Under the pieces are notes generated by a model that ran no database searches, was not told the origin of the DNA, and saw nothing but the letters and a program-made list of their open reading frames with translations. A stretch of 50,108 nucleotides of DNA from Candidatus Gottesmanbacteria bacterium UBA5942 (GTDB taxonomy: Bacteria > Patescibacteriota > Microgenomatia > UBA10105 > UBA927), in NCBI GenBank assembly GCA_002430725.1, contig DJCU01000021.1:1-50108 (forward strand). Reading direction: 5' to 3'. The position numbers and the translations under genes are program-made. This document shows positions 35,982 through 47,268 of the stretch, piece after piece. The first letter of the stretch is position 1; each line of letters begins with the position of its first letter.

Positions 35982-37510
35982 CGAAAAAAAAGCATCCGTT
36001 TCCGTGGATTGCGGGTATTATCCTGATGCTCTCATTGGGGTTGGTGTTGTGGCCGCTTTTTCGACAGGGATTTTTTGTTGCTGATGACGGCGAATGGATG
36101 GTAATACGCCTGTCTGCATTTTATCAAAGCTTAGCTTCCGGGCAGTTTCCTGTACGATTTTTGGGTAGGTTGAATAATAGCTATGGCTATCCTGTGGCAA
36201 ACTTTTTATACCCAGGATTTCTTTATATAGGATCAGTTTTACATGTCGCTGGTCTATCGTTTGTCGATGCGATTAAAGTTATTTTAGGGGTATCGGTGGC
36301 TGGCGGGGCGCTCGCAACATTTATGGCGCTACGGTCACGTTTCAAGACAATACCCAGCATTTTTGGAATGATGAGCTTCGTTTTTTCCCCGTATCTCCTT
36401 TATGACCTCTATCGGAGAGGATCGGTCGGAGAAGTGTTGGGTATTTTTGCTGCAACAATCGCTCTTTTTTCTCTTACGAGGGGGTTGGTGTGGTTGATGG
36501 CGCCTGCAGTGGCATTTCTTATCGTGAGCCATAATACAGTCGCGCTGATTGCTGGCCTTGCTATCGGTGTTCTCATCCTTGTGCACCCGCAAAGATTAGC
36601 AATGATAATAAGTGCTGCGTGGGGAGTCGGGATGTCGATGTTTTTTTGGTTGCCCGCGTTAGTTGAAAAACGTTTTGTACGGTTTGATACGACCATCGTG
36701 TCAAACCCTTCGTATTATTTTATAAACGTAGAAAACGCGGTATTGTTGGGGGTGGGCGTTATTATATCGTTGGCAATTATCTTGGGATTTTTTAAGAAGC
36801 TTACCAAGCTGGATAAAGTTATGACGCTTCTTGCCCTACTCGGCACACTATTAAGTGTTGCAATAAGCGCGCCATTTTGGAGTATTCCTCTTCTTGGGAA
36901 GCTCGTACAATTTCCATACCGGTTTTTGGTGCTTTCAGTACTTTTTGGGCCTTGGGTGGTGGCACTCGCATCTGAAAAAGTACGTGGATGGCAACAAAAA
37001 TTATTCGGAGTTATTCTTTTGATTGTTTTTTCTCATGGCACAATAACCCAGCTTACAGATATTCGTTTTGTTGAACGGTCAGAGGGGTATTACACCACAA
37101 ATGAGGCCACAACAAATGTGGCAAACGAGTATATGCCGTTATGGGTTACTGATATTCCGCTGTCGAGACCAGTCGAAACTTTGGAGGTTATAGACGGTGA
37201 CGTAGAAATTCTCCATCGTACATTTTTAGGGGAATATATAAAAGTAGATGTAGATGCAAAAATGGATAGTGTCGTACAAATAAACAAGATTTATTATCCA
37301 GGATGGGGTATTACATTGGATAATAAGCTAATGCCGATTAATTATCAGAACCCACTCGGAGTAATGCGAGTTGAGGTGCCTGCAGGTACTCACACATTAG
37401 TCGCGATATTTCGCGAAACCCCTTTACGTTTGTTTGCAGATGTCGCTAGCATCCTCTGTGTTATCGGATATTTCATATTTGTGAAACGACTGTGGCGCAG
37501 TGTGACATGA
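35978..37510 (+). CDS. PTPS-related/YfhO-like GT-C membrane protein
   Basis: DDGEWMVIR, GQFPVRF, YGYPVANF, RGSVGE, QFPYRF, YYPGW. Confidence 0.8.
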   Translation: MTKKKHPFPWIAGIILMLSLGLVLWPLFRQGFFVADDGEWMVIRLSAFYQSLASGQFPVRFLGRLNNSYGYPVANFLYPGFLYIGSVLHVAGLSFVDAIKVILGVSVAGGALATFMALRSRFKTIPSIFGMMSFVFSPYLLYDLYRRGSVGEVLGIFAATIALFSLTRGLVWLMAPAVAFLIVSHNTVALIAGLAIGVLILVHPQRLAMIISAAWGVGMSMFFWLPALVEKRFVRFDTTIVSNPSYYFINVENAVLLGVGVIISLAIILGFFKKLTKLDKVMTLLALLGTLLSVAISAPFWSIPLLGKLVQFPYRFLVLSVLFGPWVVALASEKVRGWQQKLFGVILLIVFSHGTITQLTDIRFVERSEGYYTTNEATTNVANEYMPLWVTDIPLSRPVETLEVIDGDVEILHRTFLGEYIKVDVDAKMDSVVQINKIYYPGWGITLDNKLMPINYQNPLGVMRVEVPAGTHTLVAIFRETPLRLFADVASILCVIGYFIFVKRLWRSVT

Positions 37511-39171
37511 AGAAATTATTACCATTAGTTTTTGTTATATGTCTTAGTCTGTTTGCCGTTCGTCCGTTGTGGACTGATGGATATTTTCCTATGCACGATG
37601 ATACGCAGGTATCTCGTGTTATCGCTATGGGTAGGTCACTGAAAGAAGGGCAATTTCCTGTGCGTTGGGTGTCTGATTTAGGGTATGGGTATGGATATCC
37701 AATTTTTAATTTTTACGGACCATTGCCTTATTATGCAGGAGGCGCACTTTACGCTCTCGGTCTTCCCGCATTGCTCGCCACAAAAATAATGTTTTCGATG
37801 GGAATACTGTTGTCGGCTATTTTTTTGTATGGGGTGCTTGTCTCAATTGTTGGATGGCAGGCAGCAGTACTCGGCTCACTCCTTTATATGTTTGCGCCAT
37901 ATCACGCGGCGCAAGTATATGTTCGTGGGGCGGTAGGTGAGTATTGGATACTCATGTTTTGGCCGCTTATTATGTATGGTTTTTGGGGACTATCTCACCC
38001 TCGTCAGCGATTCATCCGAATAATCATAGGATCTATGGGTTTAGGTGGCGCGATTTTGTCTCATACGTTATTGGGGTACGTCACTGTGCTTTTTTGTGTC
38101 GCGGGAGTTGTTTTTTATTGGGGTTACCGTGCGTTGACGCGACAATTTGATAAGTCTATAGCTTTCTTTCAACTTGCGCTCATTTTCTTGGGGTTAGGCA
38201 TTTCTTCATTTTTTTGGCTTCCTGCTGTCGTGGAGATGGGATATACCAGCGTAGCTGGCCAGGTAAGTGCTACCGCTGATTATCGTGATCATTTTGTTTG
38301 TTTCGGACAGTTATGGAGTTCGTTGTGGGGTTTTGGAGGATCAGCGCCGGGTTGCCTTGATGGTATGTCATTTGTTTTGGGAAAGTTACATCTATTGTTG
38401 GCGGTTACTGGAGTCGTCGCATGGTTTATGGGTATTCGTGAGAAAGGAAAGCATATAGGAAGCGTGGGTTTGGCACTTTTTATTATTAGTGTATTTTTTA
38501 TGACCGAGATTTCTCAGGTAGTCTGGTCGTATGTGCCCGGTTTTGCGTATTTGCAGTACCCATGGAGATTTTTGGCGGTGGCTTCTCTTGGCTTATCCCT
38601 CTTGGGTAGCTTGAGTGTGGAGACAGCTAAAAAACCTGCGATAAAGACGGTGCTTACTCTACTATGTGTGCTTGTGTTGATGTTGGGAAATGTGAAATGG
38701 TTTTTTCCGCAATATACCTATGAAAAAGACAGTGAGGCGTTTGAAACAGCTTCAGATTTACGCTGGCGTGTCTCAAAAATATCCGATGAATATCTGCCGC
38801 CAGGAATTGTTCGCCCGACAGAGGAATCAGAGGCTATTTTTGATACAATACGAGTGCAGGATGGTCTTACGGTTACCAGTATCACGGACACCGCGACACA
38901 TATGCGTTTGACTGTAGAAACGACTGCATCTGCATCGATTGTTGTTAACACTGCGTATTTTCCGGGATGGAAATATGCGGTGAATAATCGAGATGTTCTG
39001 CCGGAGATACAAAATGGTTTACCGGTACTATCGATACTCGCAGGGACATCGGTTATTGACGCACGATTTACCGATACACCAGTGAGAATTTTTGCCAATA
39101 TCATCACCGCAATAACATTGGTGATACTAGGGGGTATATATTATGACGGAAAAAGAAAAGCCAAGCGTTAA
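37507..39171 (+). CDS. PTPS-related/YfhO-like GT-C membrane protein (paralog of the upstream gene)
   Basis: HDDTQVSR, GQFPVRW, GYGYPIFNFY, RGAVGE, QYPWRF, YFPGW; ATGA overlap. Confidence 0.82.
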   Translation: MKKLLPLVFVICLSLFAVRPLWTDGYFPMHDDTQVSRVIAMGRSLKEGQFPVRWVSDLGYGYGYPIFNFYGPLPYYAGGALYALGLPALLATKIMFSMGILLSAIFLYGVLVSIVGWQAAVLGSLLYMFAPYHAAQVYVRGAVGEYWILMFWPLIMYGFWGLSHPRQRFIRIIIGSMGLGGAILSHTLLGYVTVLFCVAGVVFYWGYRALTRQFDKSIAFFQLALIFLGLGISSFFWLPAVVEMGYTSVAGQVSATADYRDHFVCFGQLWSSLWGFGGSAPGCLDGMSFVLGKLHLLLAVTGVVAWFMGIREKGKHIGSVGLALFIISVFFMTEISQVVWSYVPGFAYLQYPWRFLAVASLGLSLLGSLSVETAKKPAIKTVLTLLCVLVLMLGNVKWFFPQYTYEKDSEAFETASDLRWRVSKISDEYLPPGIVRPTEESEAIFDTIRVQDGLTVTSITDTATHMRLTVETTASASIVVNTAYFPGWKYAVNNRDVLPEIQNGLPVLSILAGTSVIDARFTDTPVRIFANIITAITLVILGGIYYDGKRKAKR

Positions 39172-39892
39172 TATCGTATTACCCGTATATAACGAGGATG
39201 CAGAGCTTTCAGCGAGTGTCACGACACTTGCTCGTTTCTTGCGTAAACAGCTCGAGGATTTTTCGTGGCACATAACCATAGCAGATAACGCAAGTACAGA
39301 TAAAACACTCGAAATAGCTCGAGCGTTGAGTCGTAAATATCCCTTTGTGTCTGTTGATCATTTGTCGAGAAAAGGGAGAGGAAGAGCAGTAAAACACGTG
39401 TGGCGTAAGGATGAATATGACTATTTGGCATACATGGACATCGATTTATCTACGGATTTACGTCACTTTCCTCAGCTTCTTCGCTCACTTGAACGGGGTT
39501 ATGATATTGCCATCGGTAGCCGAAATACCAGAGGAGCCAGGGTATATGGTAGGGGTATGCTCCGATCGTTGACCTCAAAAGGATACATTACACTTATTAA
39601 ACTGATCTTTTGGGTAGGCTTTACAGATGCACAGTGCGGATTTAAGGCGGTAAACAGAAAAGTAATTACTGATTTGTTACCTCATATAAAGGACAATGAA
39701 TGGTTTTTTGACAGCGAACTTCTTATTGTTGGTGAAAAAAGTGGATATCGAATTTATGAAGAGCCGGTGACATGGATTGATAATCCGGGCTCTACGGTTC
39801 GGGTTATGAAAACAGCTATCGGAGATCTTAAAGGGTTGCTTCGATTATTTTTGGGGAGACCATGGAGAAAGCTACGGTATGGCAGAAATTGA
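39143..39892 (+). CDS. Polyprenol-phosphate glycosyltransferase (GT2)
   Basis: PVYNE, ADNASTD, KGRGRA, YMDIDLSTD, DAQCGFKA, WFFDSE. Confidence 0.88.
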   Translation: MTEKEKPSVNIVLPVYNEDAELSASVTTLARFLRKQLEDFSWHITIADNASTDKTLEIARALSRKYPFVSVDHLSRKGRGRAVKHVWRKDEYDYLAYMDIDLSTDLRHFPQLLRSLERGYDIAIGSRNTRGARVYGRGMLRSLTSKGYITLIKLIFWVGFTDAQCGFKAVNRKVITDLLPHIKDNEWFFDSELLIVGEKSGYRIYEEPVTWIDNPGSTVRVMKTAIGDLKGLLRLFLGRPWRKLRYGRN

Positions 39893-41330
39893 TATTGAGC
39901 TCATTAAACGGCGTTCTGTGGTCGGTGTCGTTGCACTAACCGCGCGAACATTTTTATTGCAGATTGTTGCTTTCGGTGCGACATTTTTATTAACTCTTTT
40001 TTTGTCTCCGGAAACATTTGGCGTCTTTTATGTCGTATCGGCTATCATTTCTTTTTTGGCATATTTTTCCGATATAGGATTGGCTGCTGCCTTGGTACAG
40101 AAAAAAGATGATGTAACGCGGGACGACTTAGGAACAACATTTGTCATCCAGCAGGCATTAGTCATTACGTTGGTGACTATCTCACTTCTGCTTTCTGGCC
40201 CGATAACTATATTTTATCGGCTCGATGAAGCAGGTGTCTGGCTATTTCGAGCACTTGCTGTATCATTTTTCTTTTCATCACTTAAAACTATTCCTTCAGT
40301 GCTTCTTGAGAGGCGTTTAGCGTTTGATAGGCTTGTTATCCCTCACATTGTCGAAACTATCGGATTTTATGGTGTAGCAGTGTATCTTGCCTGGCAAGGA
40401 TACGGCATAACAAGTTTCACTTGGGCGGTAATGGTGCGCGGATTATTGGGACTTATTGCTATGTATATCATTGAGCCATGGTTACCTGTTTTGACTATAA
40501 GTAAACAAAGCGCGACAAGGCTCATGCGGTTTGGCTTACCGTTTCAACTCAACTCATTTCTTGCGCTTCTTAAAGACGATTTGCTTACTGTCTTTTTGGG
40601 GAGGGTGCTTCCATTTGCCGAGGTGGGATATATCGGATGGGCGAAAAAATGGGCGGAAGTACCGCTTCGACTTATTATGGACTCTGTAATCAGAGTCACC
40701 TTTCCCACTTATTCACGATTACAACATGACAAAAAATTACTTCAAAAGGCTATAGATAAGACGTTGTTTGGGTTATCGATGGCAATTCTCCCGATATCCG
40801 CAGGGTTACTCTTTTTTGTGCATCCCATGGTTGAGCTTATTCCAAAATATGGAAAGTGGGAGCCCGCACTAATATCGTTTTATCTTTTTGTCTTTTCATC
40901 TGCATTTGCTGCCTTATCCACGCCACTCATGAATGCGTTAAATGCAGTAGGAAAAATACGAACGACACTTAAATTTATGATCGCATGGACAGTGAGCACG
41001 TGGTTTTTTACGGTGTTGTTTATCAGTTTATTTGGGTTTAATGGTGTTGCTTTGTCACTGCTTATTGTATCAACGTCTATTTATTTTGTTATACGGGTGA
41101 CCAAAGCGATTACCGATTTTTCGTTCATCGCAAATGTGAGAGGCCCAGTGATCGCGGCTTTTGTACAGGGAGGCGCTTACGCGTTGATTTTACGCGTGGT
41201 GCCTCATACGTACGTATGGCTTTTTGTATCAGGTGTATTGGGGGTTATACTATATGGGAGTATGCTTTATGTAATTGAAGCGAGTCGGATAAAAGCATTT
41301 ATTGGAACGATAAGAAGGAGTGCAGCATGA
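39879..41330 (+). CDS. Wzx-type oligosaccharide flippase (MOP superfamily)
   Basis: LSPETFG, SDIGLAAALVQ, LERRLAF, FPTYSRLQ; many TMs. Confidence 0.9.
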   Translation: MAEIDIELIKRRSVVGVVALTARTFLLQIVAFGATFLLTLFLSPETFGVFYVVSAIISFLAYFSDIGLAAALVQKKDDVTRDDLGTTFVIQQALVITLVTISLLLSGPITIFYRLDEAGVWLFRALAVSFFFSSLKTIPSVLLERRLAFDRLVIPHIVETIGFYGVAVYLAWQGYGITSFTWAVMVRGLLGLIAMYIIEPWLPVLTISKQSATRLMRFGLPFQLNSFLALLKDDLLTVFLGRVLPFAEVGYIGWAKKWAEVPLRLIMDSVIRVTFPTYSRLQHDKKLLQKAIDKTLFGLSMAILPISAGLLFFVHPMVELIPKYGKWEPALISFYLFVFSSAFAALSTPLMNALNAVGKIRTTLKFMIAWTVSTWFFTVLFISLFGFNGVALSLLIVSTSIYFVIRVTKAITDFSFIANVRGPVIAAFVQGGAYALILRVVPHTYVWLFVSGVLGVILYGSMLYVIEASRIKAFIGTIRRSAA

Positions 41331-42232
41331 AATTAAGCATTGTCATAAGTACATATAACAGAGCCGCAAGTTTAGAAAGAACACTTGCGTCCGTAAAATC
41401 GATGGCAGATGAAATTATTGTTATCGACAACGAGTCTCTTGATGAGACAGTTGCTATCGCCAAAAAGTTTGGTGCGAAAGTGTACACGCGACCAAACAAT
41501 CTCATGCTTAACGTCAACAAAAACTACGGTTTTACCAAGGCTTCAGGTGATTGGATACTTTGCCTTGATGATGACGAAGAAGTAACAAGTGAATTAGCTC
41601 GTGAAATAAAAGAAGCGATGAAAGCGCAAGATGTGTCTGGGTATTGGATACCGCGGAAAAATATTATTTTCGGACGCTTTATACAGCATGGTATTTGGTG
41701 GCCAGATCAGCAACTTCGGTTGTTTAAAAAAGGGAGTGGTAAGTATTCTGAAAAACATGTGCATGAATATATAGAAGTAGAAGGAGCTACTCGGGTAATG
41801 AAAAATCCTTATGTGCACTATAACTATGATACCCTCGCTCAGTTTTTGGATAAAATGCAACGGGTGTATACCGACAGCGAAGTAAATAAATATGTGGCAG
41901 CGGGATATCGGGTTCACTGGAGAGATGCTATTCGTTTCCCAGTGTCTGATTTTCTCAAATTATATTTTGCTCAGAGTGGGTATAAGGATGGACTTCATGG
42001 TCTCGTGTTGGCGATGCTACAAGGGTTTTACTCTTTTATTATTTTTGTGAAACTCTGGGAGCGAGAAAAATTTCGTGAGGTGGATGTGCATCCACCACAG
42101 ATGTTTGATGAATTACATAAATCAGGCGGCGAATTGGGATACTGGGTATACACGACCAAGATAAAAGAAGAAAAAAATCCGATTGTGCGATTGTGGTATC
42201 GTCTGCTTCGGAAGGTGATTAGCTCATCATGA
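41327..42232 (+). CDS. GT2 glycosyltransferase (WaaE/KdtX-like)
   Basis: IDNESLD, WILCLDDDE, PRKN, WPDQQLRLF, VHE, GYKDGLHG. Confidence 0.88.
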   Translation: MKLSIVISTYNRAASLERTLASVKSMADEIIVIDNESLDETVAIAKKFGAKVYTRPNNLMLNVNKNYGFTKASGDWILCLDDDEEVTSELAREIKEAMKAQDVSGYWIPRKNIIFGRFIQHGIWWPDQQLRLFKKGSGKYSEKHVHEYIEVEGATRVMKNPYVHYNYDTLAQFLDKMQRVYTDSEVNKYVAAGYRVHWRDAIRFPVSDFLKLYFAQSGYKDGLHGLVLAMLQGFYSFIIFVKLWEREKFREVDVHPPQMFDELHKSGGELGYWVYTTKIKEEKNPIVRLWYRLLRKVISSS

Positions 42233-43149
42233 AAAAAGTAGCCCTCGTTATTGTGAATTGGAATGGCCTTGATGATACACTCCGGTGTCTCCAATCGATC
42301 CGAAGTATGCAGGTCAATAATGTTGTGTTAGAGACAATCGTTGTAGACAACGGATCAACGGATAAGTCAGTATCACGCATTGCAGAGGAATTTCCCGAGG
42401 TGAAAATATTAGCATTTGATACCAATTTAGGCTTTACGGGTGGCAATAATGCTGGCATCAAATATGCGATGTTACAAGGTGCTGATTATGTATGGTTGTT
42501 AAATAACGACACTATGGTAGATAAGGACGCATTGTCTATTGTGAGCGCTTTTGATAATCCTGCAGTAGGAATTGCGGGATCAAAAATATTTTTTGCAGCC
42601 GGGCATGAGTATCACAAAAAAAGATATTCTGTGTCTCAAAAGGGGAAGGTTTTTTGGTACGCAGGAGGTATAGTTGATTGGGATAACATGTATGCTAGCC
42701 ATCGCGGTGTGGATGAAGTAGACAGCGGACAGTATGACGCTGAGGAACAAACGGTATTTATTACCGGTTGTTCTATGATGATACGAAGAAGTGTCATTGA
42801 AAAAATTGGCGTTCTTGATGATGCATACTATTTGTATCTGGAAGATTTGGATTATTGTTTGCGTGCACGGTCTGCAGGTTTTTTACTTATGTATTATCCC
42901 CGTTCAGTAGTGTGGCATGTCAATGCCGGCTCATCCGGTGGTGCGGGCAATCCACTGCATGATTACTATATAACAAGGAACAGACTGCGAGTTGGCCTCC
43001 GCTTCGCGCCAATTCGCACAAAAGTAGCACTTATTCGTGAGGCTGTTCGCTTTCTCAGCGGAAAAAATCCTGAAAAAAAGCAAGCAGTTGCTGATTTTTT
43101 TAAGGGGAGGATGGGGAGACAGTATGAGCCCAAAAAAAATATCGCTTAG
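42229..43149 (+). CDS. GT2 glycosyltransferase (rhamnosyltransferase-like)
   Basis: VNWNG, VDNGSTD, NLGFTGGNN, LLNND, GCSMM, YLEDLD. Confidence 0.88.
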   Translation: MKKVALVIVNWNGLDDTLRCLQSIRSMQVNNVVLETIVVDNGSTDKSVSRIAEEFPEVKILAFDTNLGFTGGNNAGIKYAMLQGADYVWLLNNDTMVDKDALSIVSAFDNPAVGIAGSKIFFAAGHEYHKKRYSVSQKGKVFWYAGGIVDWDNMYASHRGVDEVDSGQYDAEEQTVFITGCSMMIRRSVIEKIGVLDDAYYLYLEDLDYCLRARSAGFLLMYYPRSVVWHVNAGSSGGAGNPLHDYYITRNRLRVGLRFAPIRTKVALIREAVRFLSGKNPEKKQAVADFFKGRMGRQYEPKKNIA

Positions 43150-43885
43150 TGTCATCGTTATTGCCAAAAATGAAGAAGCGCGCGTAGGCGATTGTCTTGA
43201 TGCTGTACAGTTTGCGTCCGAGCGACTTGTGTTGGACAACGGTTCAACTGATAAAACGTCCGATATCGCCAAAAGTCGGGGTGCAGAGGTAAAAACGCTT
43301 CGCTCAGATGATTTTGCCGAACTTCGAAACAAAGCTGCTAAGCTTGCGCATGGGGAGTGGATTCTCTATATAGATGCAGATGAAAAGGTGAGTACATTAC
43401 TCGCTGAAAATATTAAGAAAACAATTGGCATGTGGAAAGCGGGAGATGCGTCCGGATTTGAAATACTTCGAGAAAATTATTATCTCGGACGTAGATGGCC
43501 AAAAAGCGAATGGATGCTCAGGCTGTTTAGAGCGGAAAAGTTTAACGGTTGGCATGGGGCATTACATGAAACACCCCAGATACTCGGGAGTGTTGGTCGC
43601 ATTGACGGATTACTCATTCATAATACGCATAGAACGCTTGTGGAAATGGTTGAGAAAACAAATGAGTGGAGTGAGATAGAGGCACGACTACGATTAGTAT
43701 CCGATCATCCCCAGATAAGTTGGTGGCGACTTTTACGCGTCATGGGTACAGGTTTCTGGAATTCTTTTGTGGTTCAAGGTGGTTGGCGTGTGGGGACGGT
43801 GGGATGGATAGAAAGCATATATCAGGGATTTAGTATGTTCATAACGTACGCGAAATTATGGGAAATGCAGCACAAAAAAAATTAA
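43124..43885 (+). CDS. GT2 glycosyltransferase (WaaE-like)
   Basis: IAKNEE, DNGSTDKT, DFAELRN, YIDADE, LHE; SD GGGGAG. Confidence 0.88.
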   Translation: MSPKKISLSVIVIAKNEEARVGDCLDAVQFASERLVLDNGSTDKTSDIAKSRGAEVKTLRSDDFAELRNKAAKLAHGEWILYIDADEKVSTLLAENIKKTIGMWKAGDASGFEILRENYYLGRRWPKSEWMLRLFRAEKFNGWHGALHETPQILGSVGRIDGLLIHNTHRTLVEMVEKTNEWSEIEARLRLVSDHPQISWWRLLRVMGTGFWNSFVVQGGWRVGTVGWIESIYQGFSMFITYAKLWEMQHKKN

Positions 43886-46197
43886 TGAAAAACAGTATAG
43901 TTCGATGGTGGCCGGCTCTTGTCATAGCGGTCGCGTGGTTTATCTTTGGTGCCCCGTATTTTGTGAAGGGTAAGGTGCCGTTTCCCTCCACATATCTGGT
44001 ATCTTTTTTTGCCCCTTGGAGTGCTGCAAACGGTATGCCGGTAAAAAATAATGCAATGCCGGATGTGATCACACAAATCTATCCTTGGAAACGTGTGACT
44101 GTTAATGGCTGGAAAAACGGTGTGATGCCCTTGTGGAATCCTTATAGTTTTTCGGGTACGAGTCATGTTGGTAATTATCAAAGCGCAATTTTTTCACCCG
44201 TTAATTCATTGTTTTTTCTATTGCCGGAAGTGCACGCATGGAGCTTGATGATTTTGTTACAGCCGCTTTTGGCCGGGTTATTTATGTTGCTTTATATGCG
44301 ATCTATTGGGATAAGTCGTGAGGGAAGTGTGGTGGGGTCTATCGCGTTTATGTTTTGTGGCTTTCTAGTGGTATGGATGGCGTATGGAACATTGTCGTAT
44401 GCAGTGCTTGTATTGCCGCTCATTCTTTTTGGTTTACATACTTACATCAATGAGGGAAAAAAATGGGGAATGGTGGTCGCAAGTACCGCAGTGGGAGCAT
44501 CGTTCTTATCTGGTCATTTTCAGATGAGTTTGTATGTTTTGTTATATGTCATTATGTATCTTGCGTATTTATTCTTTACCGTTTCCCATAAACGAAGAGT
44601 ATGGGTTGCTGCGTTATTAGTAATTGTCGGAGTGTTGTTGGCATCACCACAAATATTCCCTGCTTTTAAGGCATATACGCTTGCGGTACGGAGTAGTCTG
44701 TTTCTCAAGGGGGAGGTTATCCCTTGGCAATATGTAGTGACGATATTTTCTCCTGATTTTTATGGTAACCCTGTGACCCGAAACGATTGGTTTGGGCATT
44801 ATGCAGAGTGGGCGAGTTTTATTGGTGTCGCGCCGTTATTTCTTGCGCTCTTTGCGATGAGCTACGCGAAACACCACACATTGAGAAATTTTTTTGTGAT
44901 GATGACAGTACTTCCATTATTTTTAGCATTTCAGACGCCGCTTATCGACCTGGTGTTTGCGCTAAAAATTCCTGTTCTTTCGACTAGTGCCGCGTCAAGG
45001 ATTATCGTGTTGTGTAGTTTTTCGCTCGCTGTGCTTTCGGGCATTGGCTTGGATGTGCTGAGGAGGGTGTGGGAAGCTCGTGAGCGAAAAAAGATCATTC
45101 GATTTGCTGTAATCAGCTTCATAATTGTGGCAGTCATCTGGGGAGTGCTTATTTTTATAAAACCATTGTCTCCAGAGCACCTTACTGTTGCTGTGCGAAA
45201 TACAGTGCTCCCCACATTGTTTTGGGGTATAACCGCGGGGGTGATGGTGCTTGGAAGCATTGTGCCCAAAAGATACAGGATTGCGTTGCTTTGCTTGTTG
45301 GTGGCAGCGACCATAGTTGATTCCTACCGGTTTGCCTCTAAATGGATGCCGTTTGACTCTGCGGACTTAGTGTACCCTCAAATTCCGGTTATTACCAAGC
45401 TACAATCACTTGTTGATGGCGGGCGTTTTAGAGTATTTGGCAATATTGGTAATGAAGTTGGTTCTGCATTTGGAATACCACTTATCGAAGGGTACGACGC
45501 GGTGTACCAGCAGCGGTATGGTGAGCTTATTTCCGCAGCCGGAAACGGGAAAACTCAAGAGGTAGGTAGGTCAGTGGTAAATATGGAAAAGCATGGCGTA
45601 TATACCGAAGCTATACTGCAGTTATTGGGGGTAAAATACTATGCACATAAAAAAAGCGATGGAAGGCTTCCTTGGGCATATCCATTTTGGGATTATCCTC
45701 AGTACAACCGAGTATGGGAGGATGAACATTTCGAAATTATAGAAAATACGCACAGTTACCCCAAGGCATTGTTGGCAAGTTCATATACTGTGGAAACTGA
45801 CAAGCAGAGGATATTGGATACGTTATTTTCAGAAGCCATAAATCCTCGCGAGACGATCATTTTAGAAGAAAAACCTGAGTTTGAGCCTGAGGCGGGAGAT
45901 GGGGTTGCGACTATTTCTTCATATAGACCGACTGAAATTGTGACGAGTGTTTCAACTTCCGTTCCCAAACTTTTGTTCATTTCTGATGTTTATGATGATG
46001 GGTGGCAGGCGGCGATAGATGGTAAACCATCCAAAATATATCGTGCACATTATGATTTTAGGGCGGTGGCAGTTCCAAAAGGCACACATACAATTCGTAT
46101 GTGGTATGCGCCTAAAAGCGTGAATATGGGGCTTCTAATTTCTGGAATTGCTACACTTGGAATAGTCAGTTTTCTTTTTGTGAAAAAACAAATATGA
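43885..46197 (+). CDS. YfhO-family GT-C membrane protein
   Basis: DVITQIYPW, PLWNPYSFSG, GHFQ, EGYD, YDDGWQA...AVAVPKGTH. Confidence 0.87.
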   Translation: MKNSIVRWWPALVIAVAWFIFGAPYFVKGKVPFPSTYLVSFFAPWSAANGMPVKNNAMPDVITQIYPWKRVTVNGWKNGVMPLWNPYSFSGTSHVGNYQSAIFSPVNSLFFLLPEVHAWSLMILLQPLLAGLFMLLYMRSIGISREGSVVGSIAFMFCGFLVVWMAYGTLSYAVLVLPLILFGLHTYINEGKKWGMVVASTAVGASFLSGHFQMSLYVLLYVIMYLAYLFFTVSHKRRVWVAALLVIVGVLLASPQIFPAFKAYTLAVRSSLFLKGEVIPWQYVVTIFSPDFYGNPVTRNDWFGHYAEWASFIGVAPLFLALFAMSYAKHHTLRNFFVMMTVLPLFLAFQTPLIDLVFALKIPVLSTSAASRIIVLCSFSLAVLSGIGLDVLRRVWEARERKKIIRFAVISFIIVAVIWGVLIFIKPLSPEHLTVAVRNTVLPTLFWGITAGVMVLGSIVPKRYRIALLCLLVAATIVDSYRFASKWMPFDSADLVYPQIPVITKLQSLVDGGRFRVFGNIGNEVGSAFGIPLIEGYDAVYQQRYGELISAAGNGKTQEVGRSVVNMEKHGVYTEAILQLLGVKYYAHKKSDGRLPWAYPFWDYPQYNRVWEDEHFEIIENTHSYPKALLASSYTVETDKQRILDTLFSEAINPRETIILEEKPEFEPEAGDGVATISSYRPTEIVTSVSTSVPKLLFISDVYDDGWQAAIDGKPSKIYRAHYDFRAVAVPKGTHTIRMWYAPKSVNMGLLISGIATLGIVSFLFVKKQI

Positions 46198-47258
46198 AAA
46201 TAGGATTTTATAATCCATATTATGACGGGTTGGGTGGCGGAGAGCGTTACACGCTTACCCTTGCTAGCCATTGGTCAACACGCCACGAAGTCTCGTTGTT
46301 TTGGGATGATCCCAATATCATCGGTCTTTCGGAAAAACGGTTTGGCATTGACCTTACCAGCGTGCGGGTCACCCCAAATATTTTCAAAAACGCAAATATA
46401 TTTGTAAAACTATGGGAGTCACGAAAATATGATCTTATTTTTTTCCTAAGTGATGGCAGTATTCCTGCGAGTTTAGCCAGACACAATATATTGCACTTTC
46501 AGGTACCTTTCCCCTCACTGCTTGTTGACCCATGGAAACTGAAGCGGTTTGACGCGGTAGTATGCAATTCACAATTTACCAAAAACGAGCTTGACCCCCA
46601 GGTGGGTGAACATGCAGTAGTTATTTATCCACCGGTACAGCGGGTAGGAAAACCAAATAACAAGGGGGGTGAAAGGAAGAAACAAATATTGTCAGTAGGA
46701 AGGTTTACCGGTCATTTTCAAGCAAAAAAACAAGAGGTGCTTATTGAAGCGTTTATAAAAGGACACGCAAAGGGAGTTTTTGATGGATGGGAGCTTGTAC
46801 TCGCAGGTGGGCTTATCCCATCGGATCAGTTGTATTTTGATAAGCTTACAAAGATGGTCGCGGGTACTCCGGTGCGGCTTATGCCCAACATCACCAATGA
46901 AGAGCTTATCAAGCTTTATCATACAAGTAAGTTTTACTGGCACGCTGCAGGTTTTGGAACTGATAATCCAACGCAAATGGAACATTTCGGCATAACAACT
47001 GCAGAGGCTATGAGTGCGGGGGTTGTACCTGTTGTGTATGCTGCGGGGGGTCAGCTGGAAATAGTGACAGACAATGTAAATGGTATGGTGTGGCGCACCC
47101 AAGATGAGCTAATAAAAAAAACAGCAGCGCTTATTGAGGATAATAAAGCTTATTCTTTGCTTTCGAAAAGCGCACTCACTCGATCAGAAGATTTTGGTGA
47201 GGTGCAGTTTGCTCGAGGATTTGATGCGCTTATTGCGGGGTGGCAAGTAAAACGTTAA
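46194..47258 (+). CDS. GT4 glycosyltransferase
   Basis: GGGERY, CNSQFT, VIYPPV, SVGRF, EHFGITTAEAMSAG. Confidence 0.92.
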   Translation: MKIGFYNPYYDGLGGGERYTLTLASHWSTRHEVSLFWDDPNIIGLSEKRFGIDLTSVRVTPNIFKNANIFVKLWESRKYDLIFFLSDGSIPASLARHNILHFQVPFPSLLVDPWKLKRFDAVVCNSQFTKNELDPQVGEHAVVIYPPVQRVGKPNNKGGERKKQILSVGRFTGHFQAKKQEVLIEAFIKGHAKGVFDGWELVLAGGLIPSDQLYFDKLTKMVAGTPVRLMPNITNEELIKLYHTSKFYWHAAGFGTDNPTQMEHFGITTAEAMSAGVVPVVYAAGGQLEIVTDNVNGMVWRTQDELIKKTAALIEDNKAYSLLSKSALTRSEDFGEVQFARGFDALIAGWQVKR

Positions 47259-47268
47259 GAGAAAAATA